Assembly (NCBI GenBank): GCA_963843375.1
Contig: CAWJKT010000015.1
Coordinates: 64,001-128,000, forward strand
From: an uncultured Pseudomonadota bacterium
Lineage (GTDB): Bacteria > Oederibacteriota > Muellerivitia > Muellerivitales > Muellerivitaceae
Direction of reading: 5' to 3'
Length of the DNA stretch: 64,000 bases
Shown: positions 52,368 to 64,000 of the stretch, one piece after another
Position numbering within the stretch: the stretch's first letter is position 1
Layout of the letters: each line of letters begins with the position of its first letter
The notes under the pieces: generated by a model
Database searches by the model: none
What the model was told of the DNA's origin: nothing
What the model saw: the letters and a program-made list of their open reading frames with translations, nothing else
Position numbers and translations under genes: made by a program

Positions 52368-55300
52368 TTGAAAGTTAGTTTTTTTAGGCGACAAGCATGG
52401 ATGTTTTCGATGTTCTTGCTCATCTTCATCCAATCGGTTCCGTGCCCGTATCGGCTCAGGCCCCAGCGCCTAGCGGTTTAAGTGTTTTGCCGCCTTATGA
52501 CGGTCAGGTGAACCTGGCAATGGACACCGGATATTTCCGAAACCCCAGCTGAAACGGCTTACGCGGTTTCCCGGGAATTGGTGAATTTGACCTGCTACCC
52601 CGACCCCCACATCCACCGGACCCATCACACCAATCCTTACTTGTACACCCTATTGCGACAGTACTTTTATCTGCTATGCCTTCATCGCGGGAACTCCTGT
52701 TTACCAGGATTTCCAGGTTACCAACGGCCGTTTTTACCTTTACCAAGTGCAGGGAATGGACGTAAATGGCCCAGGGACCGCGGCGCTGTGACTATGGCAC
52801 CCTTATCTTGCCCCCGCAGCCGTCCAACCTGTGAGCGTCTTGAACATCCACTCAAACGCCTTGGATCTTTTTTGGGGAGTACCAGTTTCCAGTTTTCCTG
52901 TTTCTTTTTACCAGGTATACCGGTACGAATATATTGCCACAACAGCCATGCCGACGCCCACATTCACCAACAGTCCCACGATAACACCAACTATAACTTC
53001 GACCCCTACTGGAACATGGAACACCTCAACGGCAACTTCCACTCCGACGCCCTTTACACCTACTCCCACAGCAACCACCGCATTTTCCACAACACCTCCC
53101 GTTTCCGTGGCCACGATTTTAACTAACGCGACTCCAGTAGCGACCGTCTTCGGAACGACCTACAGTGACCTATTTTCCTACCCCCACCGGAGCAGAGGCC
53201 TACTATTACGTTGTAATGGCGGTTGATAGCGACACACCAGGAAATTTAAGCGCCCAGCCGACGCTTCCTTCCAATCCTGCATTGCCTCAAAACATGGCGC
53301 CGCCGGGCCCCGATAGCCTTACGGGAGCTACTCTCCACCACTTCCTATGGGGTAAGTCTTTCCTGGACGGGATCGTTGTCATCGGAGCAGGTAACGGCTT
53401 ATCAGGTTTTGCAGAACGGTGTAACTTTGGCGACGATTCCATATTCAAATTTGGCACCGTAACCTATTTTGACAATACGGTTCCGGGGACAGGTTTACCG
53501 GTTACTTATATAGTACAAGCGACAAACAACTTTGGGACGACGCCTTCCAATTCTATCTTTGTAACCGTCGTGGAGTGCAATGAAGGGAGGGATTCAAGTA
53601 ACCCCTAACGCGACCACGAACTGCCGTGACCATAACCTGGCAACCGGCCACGGCCGGAATTTATGGATTGGGGGTTATCAGGTTTATAAGAGCCTATATG
53701 GGGTACCGACCGCCAATTCAACCCCACGTTTCGGGGGAGACTGCGACTCCGACGCCTTTTTATGCCGTCACCTTTAACCCCACAGTTGGTTTTACGATCA
53801 CTCCCGTAATTGATTCACCGATAATAAACCATATGAATTATTGGGTCCAACCGATGGATTCGAGCGGGCACGGAGGAGTGGTGGGAGTGGCTTTTCCGCC
53901 CGCTTTGAACTTGGCGCCAACGCCACCCTCCAATGTGGGTGCCGCAGCTCCCGTGGGAAATGATCAGATTGCTGTTTCCTGGACGGCGGGTGCTCCTGGA
54001 TTTTATGGGTCCACGCAGAATAACGTGATATTTCGGTTGAACTTTACCACGCCAACTCCAACTCCCCGATTTATCGCCAAGGTGCCAGCCAGCCAGCTTA
54101 GCTATAATGACATTGCCCCAGAATTGACGCCAGGCACTCTCATCGGCTATCAAGTCGAGCTGTCCGACGCGTTAGGAAACACCTCCGATGCGTCCCTTTC
54201 GTCCAATGGAGTTAATACTTCCGCATTAACGAATCCTCCGGCCACACCCCGGGTATTACCCTTTACAGGAACTGTCAACTCAATTGTCTTTTCTTGGGCC
54301 AATAATCCCCGAGCCGATTGCGTGACCAATTACCAGGTTTATGGTTTCGATTGGCTTACTCCGGTACCCCTTACTCCGACACCCGTTTTGGTTGTGCCGG
54401 TTACAGGTTCTCCCACCTTCGTTTTTACTTTTGCTCCTACACCAACCCCCTGGGCCCCCAATGATTATTATCTTGTTGCTCAAAATAGCATTGGCAATAG
54501 CCAGCCAGCGACCATGAATGGTATCCCGGTGCCAACCTACAATGTCACGGCCGTAATTCCAACTGGAACCCAGCAAGTTTCGGTCAGTTGGAACCTGGTT
54601 CCGGCGCTAACGGTCACTCCTGTAATTGATTCTTATGGAGTCTACCGATCCCTGACACCGGACGCGAAATTTACATCCATTGCGACTGTTCCAATTTCAA
54701 GCACTAGTTATTTGGATGTACCTCCCATCGCCACTGCTGGGGTAACTTATTATTATCGGATCACAGCAAGGTCGGGCCAGTCGGCGGAAAGTCCAATTCT
54801 TTTCCCAACGATGACGCCCGATCCACAAGCAAGCCTGTTGATTTGGCCCAATGCGCCTTCGGGAGTAACGGCCTTGTCATCCTCGTATAATCAAACGACT
54901 CTTTATTGGGCGGGGAACGCCAGCCAGGAAGGGGTGACGGGTTATTCAATTTATCTGGACGGATCACCAACACCGGTTGCCACAGTTGCGGCGTATTTAA
55001 GTCCTTCCCCAACTGTTTCTTATATTGCCCAGGAAACCCCAGGAAATCTTTCTTATTACAGTGTCCAGGCCAATAATCCCTCAGGGGGCAGTAATTTATC
55101 CCAATCGGTAAGTGTCTTGGTGCCTCCTGCCATAACGCCCGGCATAAACTTAACACCGCCGCTTTACGTGTCCCCAACTCCCAACCAAACTCCTGCATTT
55201 TCACCAGGGGTTTGGATTACGGGTATGAACTATTTCCCTTCGATGACCCCCACATGGGTTACGGGTTATTCCATTTACAGATTAAGCGTTCCTACCCCCA

Positions 55301-57039
55301 GCACCACACCCACGTTTGTTTCGGTGGGTTCAGTCGCGGCTCCCGTTTCCTATTTTGAGGACACCGGTTTTGTTCCCGGATATGTAAATTATTATCAAGT
55401 CGTGGCAAGTAACACGGGATTAGGGATCAGCGCAAATCCGGCTGTTTCGGCCCAATTAGGGGTCACCCTTTGGCCCGAACCACCCAATTTTACATTTACA
55501 GGGAACGCCACATCGGTAACCCTGTCCTTTGCCACCCCAACGGGCAATAACGTTGCGATATCGGGGTATGACATCTACCGCAGCCTTTATCCAACCACTA
55601 CTCCCAACCCAACCCCTTATGCTCAAATCACTCCGCCCATTTCGACTTATTCGGATTCGGGAGTCAGCACGGGGACGGCTTATATTTATTGGATGGATGC
55701 TCAAAACTCCCAGGGGAATAGCGGTTATTCCGCGCCACAAAGTTTTATTCCTGTTCCGGTGCCGACCCTGTACCTGACTCCGCTTCCTGAACGAAATCAG
55801 CTTTTTTGGGCTCCCATAACGGTGGCAACGGCAAGTCCCGTGACCGGATATGCCGTTTACCGTGCGGCCGTTCCGACACCAAGCTTGACACCGAATTTCG
55901 CTCAAATAGGCTCGATCGTGGAGCCTATTTCTAATACTAATTATGTTGATACGACTGTCACCGATGGGGTTTCTTATATTTACGAGATCGCCCCCAGTTC
56001 ACAAAATAATATGCTTGGTCCCTTTTCAAATACCGTTACCCAATATGTTTATCCCCAACCGGTGACCAACTTCATCGCCGTTTCGGGGGATGATTTGGTC
56101 CAACTGCGGTGGGCTTACCAGGGAATCGCCAGCAATACGGTTTACATCCAGCGGAAGTTGGGGCCGGCCCCTGGATCTACTTTCCAAACCATCACAACTG
56201 GATATCAGGGCGTGAATTTCACGGATACAGGTGTTGTCGACAAAAACTTTTATATTTACCATATTTATTCCGTGGATGCCCTGGGACTGACCTCAACTTC
56301 TTATGCGTCGGCTATTGCTTTGCCGGCAAAGCCACCAATACTCCAAATTCCCTCGGGTGCGACCGGGCCGCCAGTGACATTGACCCAGAACGCAAGCAAC
56401 GCGCAAACTTTGATTGGAAATACACTCTCCTGGGGAGGGGCCGATCTAACGGGCTTCGACCCGACCACCATGTATCCATTGGGGGGATACTCTATTTCAA
56501 GGTCATCGGATGGTGGAGGGGTTTATCAAAACATTGCCATCGTTCCGGTTACTTTTGTGAACGGACTCCCCACGGCTGCCGCAAATTACTTCGATCAGGT
56601 TCCTTTGATCAATGGTTCGGCTTATACTTATTTAGTCCAAGCCTTTGACAATCCTCCTAACCTTCCGGTAGGGTTTTCCGAAGCCGTGACGGAGGGGTTG
56701 GTCCACCTCAGTACTTACAATCCAGTGACGGGTTTCCCCATTAGTCCCAATACAGCGTTGGACCGAAACGCAATCCATCCCACAATCGCTAATGAAAATT
56801 CCGTAAATATCCGTTTTATAGTCACCACTCCTGGCAACGTGACGATCAAGGTCTACACCTTGGACGGGACTTTCGTTATGCAACTAGTGAATCAGTATTA
56901 TTCCCAGCCAGGTATTTTTTGGACAAATTGGAACGCCCACAATATGTTCGGAAACCTTGTGGCGTCAGGGGTTTATCTCATTACCACGGAATCTCCAGGT
57001 GGGCATCAGGAATTTGAAAAAGTAGCGGTTATCAAATAA
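52368..57039 (+). CDS. Giant secreted FN3-repeat, Pro/Thr-rich protein with a C-terminal FlgD-Ig/T9SS type A-like sorting domain (5' part frameshifted)
   Basis: SD GAGGAG then TTG 52368 and a signal-peptide-like start. Repeated FN3 motifs (VSW..Y.VYR..Y.D..Y.Y.V.A). C-terminus VTIKVYTLDG..WNAHNMFGNLVASGVYL..EKVAVIK*. Confidence 0.8.
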
Positions 57040-57250
57040 TCGTAAAATAAGCGATGATTGTTCAACGGGTTATTCCTTCATTTGGAACTGGCATGGAGGC
57101 TTTGATTCCCACTGCCTTAAGCACCAACCGGAAACTTTACAAAGCCGGGTTCATCGGGTTTGGTGCCATTGTTTCTAGCCGAACGCCACGGCATTTCAGT
57201 AATTCGTTATGTTGAATTCTCAATCTCGAATTATATTTGCCCTTATGTGA

Positions 57251-58328
<1,078 letters not shown>

Positions 58329-58346
58329 AGCCTTTCTGGGGGGAAT

Positions 58347-58772
58347 ATGCATCCAGTAGTTTGGTGGATAGCGACGGCGGTTGTTTTTTTTATTCTGGAA
58401 TTAACAACCGCTTCTTTTTTCTTCCTTTGGATTGGCGCTGGTGCCGTTGTAACAGCCCTCTTGAGTCTCTTTGTCTCCACGGCCTGGATTGAATATGCGA
58501 CCTTTGCTGTATCTTCCATTCTCTTGGTTATCTCAAGCCGCCGCTGGGCCCCCCGTTTTTCTGGAAAAATTCAGCGTCTCTCCAATATCGACGCCTTAAT
58601 CGGCCAAAAAGCCATCGTAACCAAAGTCGATGACCATAATTTGCTCATGGGTTACGCGAAAGTAGACGGGGAAATTTGGAAAGCAGAATCCGAAGATCAG
58701 GGGCCCTTGAAAGTTGATGCGAAAGTAAGTGTTGTTGCTGTGAAAGGAAATGTTTTAGTCGTTAAAATTTAG
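58347..58772 (+). CDS. NfeD-like (YbbJ-type) membrane protein
   Basis: N-terminal TMs (ILEL..FFLW.GAGA) and an OB-fold LIGQKA..KVDGEIWKA..V.VV..KGNVL. Confidence 0.88.
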   Translation: MHPVVWWIATAVVFFILELTTASFFFLWIGAGAVVTALLSLFVSTAWIEYATFAVSSILLVISSRRWAPRFSGKIQRLSNIDALIGQKAIVTKVDDHNLLMGYAKVDGEIWKAESEDQGPLKVDAKVSVVAVKGNVLVVKI

Positions 58773-58796
58773 CGATCATTTGAAAGGAGTTCTTCC

Positions 58797-59723
58797 ATGG
58801 ATTTCATCGCGGGCCCGGCCCTATTTGTTCTCGCTGTTTTGGCCTTGATCTACGCTTTTCGCGCCATCCGAATTGTCAGGCAATATGAAAAGGGGTTGAT
58901 CGAAAGGTTTGGAAAATATACCCGTACCGCCGATTCGGGTCTTACGATCCTAATACCACCTTTTGAGAAAATGAAGAAAGTGGACATGCGGGAGCAATTC
59001 ATTAGTGTTCCGCCCCAGGAAGTCATCACAAAGGATAATGTGGTGGTGACTGTTGACGCGATCATTTATTTCCACGTAACGGACCCTTTTAAGGTCGCTT
59101 ACAACGTGCTTTATTTCGAACAATCGGCCATGAAATTGGCTCAAACCAATCTTCGCAATACTATTGGGGAATTGGCATTAGATGAAACCTTGAACAGCCG
59201 TGAGCGGATCAACACCCAGCTCAGGGAGGTGTTGGATGAGGTGACGGATAAGTGGGGTGTAAAGGTGACCCGGGTGGAAATCCAGAAAATCGATCCTCCG
59301 GCGGATATTGTCAATGCCATGAGTGCCCAAATGAAAGCAGAACGGACTAAACGAGCCGCCATTATTGAGGCGGAGGGTGTCAAACAGGCCGCTATTACGC
59401 GCGCTGAAGGTGATAAGCAATCGGCCATCTTGAAAGCTGAAGGTGAAGCCGGAGCCATTCAAAACGTGGCTACGGCTAATAAATTTCAGAAGATTGCCTT
59501 GGCCGAAGGAGACAGTCAAGCCATATTGACCGTGTTCAAGGCCATTCACGACGGCAACCCAACCCAGGATCTTTTGGCCTTGAAATATATGGAGATGCTG
59601 GGCAACGTTGCGAATGGACAGGCCACCAAAATTTTCCTGCCTTTGGAGGCTTCCGGAACCTTGGGCGCCCTCAGCACGATCGCCGAAGCCTTTAAGACAG
59701 ACCTAAAACCAAAATCCAAATAA
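58797..59723 (+). CDS. SPFH/band 7 (stomatin/paraslipin, QmcA-like) protein
   Basis: [37 protein letters not shown] and QMKAER.KRA. Confidence 0.93.
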   Translation: MDFIAGPALFVLAVLALIYAFRAIRIVRQYEKGLIERFGKYTRTADSGLTILIPPFEKMKKVDMREQFISVPPQEVITKDNVVVTVDAIIYFHVTDPFKVAYNVLYFEQSAMKLAQTNLRNTIGELALDETLNSRERINTQLREVLDEVTDKWGVKVTRVEIQKIDPPADIVNAMSAQMKAERTKRAAIIEAEGVKQAAITRAEGDKQSAILKAEGEAGAIQNVATANKFQKIALAEGDSQAILTVFKAIHDGNPTQDLLALKYMEMLGNVANGQATKIFLPLEASGTLGALSTIAEAFKTDLKPKSK

Positions 59724-59755
59724 GCGTAATTTTAAACCAGCCAGTTCAGAAAGGA

Positions 59756-60967
59756 ATGGGAATGGCTTCTTACAATAAATTGACAGTTGAGGACTTAAAT
59801 CCGTCTGGAAAAAGGGTTTTAGTTCGTGTTGACTTCAACGTGCCTTTGGATGAGAACTTGAAAATTACAGACGATACCCGTATCAGGGAATCATTGAAAA
59901 CAATTCAATATTTGTCTGACAAAGGGGCAAAGGTCATTCTTTGCTCCCATTTAGGAAGGCCGAAAGGAATCGATGAAAAACTTCGCTTGAAACCTGTGGC
60001 CGATCGCCTCTCGGAATTATTAAAGAAGCCAGTGAAGGGCTTGCGGGAATCAGTCGGGCTGGAAGTTGAAAAGGAAGTTTCTTCCATGAAGAATGGCGAT
60101 ATTCTTCTCCTCGAAAATGTCCGCTTTCACGCCGAGGAAGAGAAAAACAATCCCGAGTTCGCAAAGAAACTTGCGGTCTTAGCCGATATTTATGTCAATG
60201 ACGCTTTCGGAACAGCCCATCGGGCTCACGCCTCGACGGAGGGTGTTACTAGGTTTGTTTCCCAATCGGCTGCGGGGTTTTTGATGATGAAGGAAATAAA
60301 ATACATGGGTGGGGCCTTGTCGAATCCTGCCCGACCTTTTGTTTCCATTATTGGTGGGTCCAAGATTTCGTCCAAGATCGACGTCATTAAAAATCTCATG
60401 AAAATAGTGGACGTGCTCATTATCGGTGGCGGCATGTCCTATACCTTTTTGAAAGCCCGAAAATTTGAGATAGGTAAGTCCTTGGTGGAAAACGATAAAT
60501 TGGATTTGGCCAAGGAGTTACTTAGTCAATCAATAGACACGGATGTTCCTCTGCTCTTACCTATTGACCATGTCATTGCAGATAAGTTTGATGCCAAAGC
60601 TAACGTGAAACTCGTCCCGCGAGGTGGAATCCTTCCAGACTGGGAAGGGGTCGATATCGGTCCCGCCACTGTTGAAAAATATGCTAATTTTATTCAGACC
60701 GCTAAAACCCTTTTTTGGAACGGACCTGTGGGTGTTTTTGAAATGGAACCTTTTGCCAAAGGAACATTTGCCATTGCTAAATTGTTGGCCGAGGCTTCAG
60801 AAAGGGGAGCCATAACGATTGTGGGTGGAGGTGATTCTGTTGCCGCCGTAACCCAAATGGGGTTGGCTTCAAAGATGTCCCATATTTCAACCGGGGGCGG
60901 AGCATCTTTGGAATTCATGGAAGGAAAAGAACTTCCAGGGATTGTGGCCCTGACGGACAAAAAATAA
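59756..60967 (+). CDS. pgk: Phosphoglycerate kinase
   Basis: [48 protein letters not shown] and [11 protein letters not shown]. Confidence 0.98.
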   Translation: MGMASYNKLTVEDLNPSGKRVLVRVDFNVPLDENLKITDDTRIRESLKTIQYLSDKGAKVILCSHLGRPKGIDEKLRLKPVADRLSELLKKPVKGLRESVGLEVEKEVSSMKNGDILLLENVRFHAEEEKNNPEFAKKLAVLADIYVNDAFGTAHRAHASTEGVTRFVSQSAAGFLMMKEIKYMGGALSNPARPFVSIIGGSKISSKIDVIKNLMKIVDVLIIGGGMSYTFLKARKFEIGKSLVENDKLDLAKELLSQSIDTDVPLLLPIDHVIADKFDAKANVKLVPRGGILPDWEGVDIGPATVEKYANFIQTAKTLFWNGPVGVFEMEPFAKGTFAIAKLLAEASERGAITIVGGGDSVAAVTQMGLASKMSHISTGGGASLEFMEGKELPGIVALTDKK

Positions 60968-60986
60968 ATAAAAAGGATTTTATAAA

Positions 60987-61740
<754 letters not shown>

Positions 61741-61832
61741 GTGGAAACCAATTGAGGTTTCAAAGATTTATTGGCATATTGGGGTTGGTTTCATTTAAAA
61801 TAAACGAAATTTGAAAAGGTTAAAGGAGTTAC

Positions 61833-62237
61833 ATGAGCTTCTTCGTCACGCTTCTTTTCGTTTTGACAGCCATATTTTTGGTGGGAGTGGTTTTGATTCA
61901 ACAGCCCAAAACAGCGGGAGGATTGTTTTCCGGAACGGGGCAAAGCCTTTTAGGAACCAGCGGTAAATCTTTTTGGACTAAATTCACCACTATTTTGGCT
62001 GGTTTTTTTATGGCGCTTTGCTTGTTGATGGCGAATTTGCCAAGATTTCAACAGCCGAAAAGTTCGGTTACGGACATCATTGAAAAGCAACAACAACAAG
62101 CTGCGCCAGCACCCGCGCCGGTAGGATCTTCTGCAGTTCCATCAGGCTCGAATTCTAAAGTTCCATCTAATCCCGCACCACAAAGTGTCCCAGGTGTTTC
62201 AAAAAATGTTGAGCCAATTTCTGGGAGTACAAAATAA
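61833..62237 (+). CDS. secG: Preprotein translocase subunit SecG with a low-complexity tail
   Basis: Two TMs around VLIQQPK..GG.FSG..LGT..TKFT. Located after tpiA. Confidence 0.88.
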   Translation: MSFFVTLLFVLTAIFLVGVVLIQQPKTAGGLFSGTGQSLLGTSGKSFWTKFTTILAGFFMALCLLMANLPRFQQPKSSVTDIIEKQQQQAAPAPAPVGSSAVPSGSNSKVPSNPAPQSVPGVSKNVEPISGSTK

Positions 62238-62284
62238 TTTCTTTTCAGACAAATAAATTAAATTGAGAAGGGCATGAAAACGAT

Positions 62285-63355
62285 ATGATAAGTGGAAGTA
62301 AATCTCGGGCGACTCTTAAACAAATAGCAAAGTTTTGCGGTGTTTCTCACACCACGGTTTCAATGGTCATTAACCAAAATCCCAGAATCTCAGCGGAGAC
62401 TCGGGAGAAGGTTATGGCGGCAATCAAGAAATTTAATTATTACCCCAATGTGGCCGCTCGCAGCCTCGTGATGTCCCGAACCAATACCATCGGAATTTTT
62501 GGGACCATGTTTGATTCTCCGTATTACAACGAGATCATCCGCGGTATTGAGATGGAATGCCGGCATGCCAACGTAGATTTGAAAATTTACAACTGCAATG
62601 GAAGCTTGGAAGATTTTAACGATTTCTATGATCGAATTTTGGGGGAAAGGCGTATTGATGGGGTTATCGCCTTATCCGTTCCGATGGAAGATGCGGTACT
62701 TGAACGGTTTCAAACGGAGGAACTTCCTCTAATCATTCTCCAACCGGTTTCTATTGAAGGACCGAACCATCTTTTAGAAAAAATCCCAACATTACATGCG
62801 GAAGACCGAAAGGGAATTTACAAAGCGGTCAATTACCTTATTTCACTTGGACACAAAAAAATCGGTTTTGTTAATGGCCCGGAGCATCTCAAAATTTGTC
62901 AAGACCGATTGGCGGGTTATCGTGACGCTCTTCGGGACAACAACATCCCGTATCAGGAAAATCAGGTGGGATATTCCCATGTGAAACCCGACGCCTTTAC
63001 AATGGATGCCGGTTACCAAGTTGCGAAGGAATTAATGGAAGGGTTTCCAGACTTAACCGCGATTTGCTGCGTTTCGGACACCATGGCCATTGGAGTGATC
63101 AAGGCAGTTCGTCACCGGGGTAAGTCAGTTCCAGAGGACATGTCGATCGTGGGATTTGATGATACCTATGTCGCCCGGTTGGCTGATCCCTCTTTGACCA
63201 CACTTCATCAACCACTGCTCGAGATGGGAAAGGCTTCCGTGTCCTTAGCGCATGCCTTTTTGAACAAGAAACCTATTGAATATCTCCATCGAGGGTTTGA
63301 TGTGGAATTAATTATTCGCGAATCCACTGGAAAGCCACGAAAATCCCCGAAATAA
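62285..63355 (+). CDS. LacI/GalR-family transcriptional regulator
   Basis: TLKQIAKFCGVSHTTVS.VIN, YYPNVAARSL, GHKKIG, VPEDMSIVGFDD, PSLTT and LIIRES. Confidence 0.95.
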   Translation: MISGSKSRATLKQIAKFCGVSHTTVSMVINQNPRISAETREKVMAAIKKFNYYPNVAARSLVMSRTNTIGIFGTMFDSPYYNEIIRGIEMECRHANVDLKIYNCNGSLEDFNDFYDRILGERRIDGVIALSVPMEDAVLERFQTEELPLIILQPVSIEGPNHLLEKIPTLHAEDRKGIYKAVNYLISLGHKKIGFVNGPEHLKICQDRLAGYRDALRDNNIPYQENQVGYSHVKPDAFTMDAGYQVAKELMEGFPDLTAICCVSDTMAIGVIKAVRHRGKSVPEDMSIVGFDDTYVARLADPSLTTLHQPLLEMGKASVSLAHAFLNKKPIEYLHRGFDVELIIRESTGKPRKSPK

Positions 63356-63430
63356 AATTGAATTGAAACTCGTTTTTTTGAAACTTGGATTCCGTTATTC
63401 AATGCCTTTTGGAAATCCTTTTTACCAACC

Positions 63431-63439
63431 TGTTATAAT
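63431..63439 (+). promoter_or_regulatory. Extended -10 element 6 nt before the lnt start codon
   Basis: TGTTATAAT, then ATTTCG, then ATG. Confidence 0.5.
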
Positions 63440-63445
63440 ATTTCG

Positions 63446-64000
63446 ATGAAACCAGGTCTTTCCCTCTTCTACCGAATCCTTTTATGTTTATTGAGCGGAT
63501 CCCTCGTCTGTTTTTCCTTTCCGAATTTTATAGCAAGAACCCTAAACCCTCCCACGGCATTTTTGGGATGGTTTGCCTTGATACCCCTTTTCGTGGCCTT
63601 TAATAAAACTTCCCCAAAGCAAGGGGCTTTCCTCGGGTGGTTTTTTGGATTTGTCCAATTCGGAGGAATCCTCTATTGGATTGCTTTTCTGGAAGCGGCC
63701 CAGTCGTTAAGTGGCTTAGCATGGTTTGCGTTAGTTTTATATTTGAGTTTTTATTTTTTCCTTTTCGGTTTGATATACCGGATCTTGGACAAGAAATCGG
63801 GATGGGGTGTTTGGAGCGCCCCTTTTCTTTGGGTGGCTTTGGAATACATTCGCGGAAGCCGTCCCTGGGGTGGCTTTTCGTGGGGAGAAATTGGTTATAG
63901 CCAAGCTCCGTATCCCTGTTTGTTGACCTTGACTTCCTTGGCCGGTGTTTATGGTCTCACTTTTATGATGGTTTGGTTTAATGCCTGGCTTGCACATTGG
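63446..64000 (+). CDS. lnt: Apolipoprotein N-acyltransferase, 5' part (runs off the window; absent from the ORF track)
   Basis: Manual translation from ATG 63446 is open to the window end: LSG.L..FSFP..LGWFALIPL..LYWI..WVALEYIRG..GGFSWGEIGYSQ..GVYGLTF. Confidence 0.9.
   Translation, partial: MKPGLSLFYRILLCLLSGSLVCFSFPNFIARTLNPPTAFLGWFALIPLFVAFNKTSPKQGAFLGWFFGFVQFGGILYWIAFLEAAQSLSGLAWFALVLYLSFYFFLFGLIYRILDKKSGWGVWSAPFLWVALEYIRGSRPWGGFSWGEIGYSQAPYPCLLTLTSLAGVYGLTFMMVWFNAWLAHW

Noticed and set aside
63637..63997. ORF-track calls 63637-63900 (+) and 63737-63997 (-)
   Set aside because: They are out-of-frame or antisense to the real lnt frame starting at 63446.

Overview
Gene-dense, almost entirely + strand chromosomal window from a diderm, LPS-producing bacterium. 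No rRNA, tRNA, CRISPR array or mobile element is visible. In order it holds: nadC-birA-coaX; two DUF2723/TMEM260-like GT-C membrane proteins; a ~15.5 kb tightly coupled cluster (PilT/PilU ATPase fused to TPRs, two envelope proteins, cheR, two pure-TPR proteins, an MshEN-CheW fusion, a non-canonical PII protein, cheY-cheC-cheD-cheW-cheY-cheB-cheA-cheC) followed by a degenerate GGDEF protein; topA, argB, nrdR, DUF1015, eno; cysM-JAMM-EamA-EamA-yjbQ-ferredoxin; tmRNA; a beta-helix protein; a PilZ protein; skp-lpxD-lpxC/fabZ-lpxA-lpxI; lptG/lptF (minus strand); a LytS/LytTR pair preceded by a candidate sRNA; a SprA-like type IX secretion translocon next to a giant FN3 protein with a T9SS-type C-terminal domain; gap-nfeD-SPFH-pgk-tpi-secG; a LacI regulator; and the 5' part of lnt. 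Many genes, including the normally essential gap, tpi and lpxC, are broken by single-base indels that look like sequencing error rather than true pseudogenisation. The best candidate for an undescribed system is the receptor-less CheC/CheD-type chemosensory operon. It is physically joined to a type IV pilus retraction ATPase and carries MshEN-CheW and PII-like modules, which I infer could be cytoplasmic inputs for c-di-GMP and energy state. All family calls come from motif recognition by eye, not database searches.
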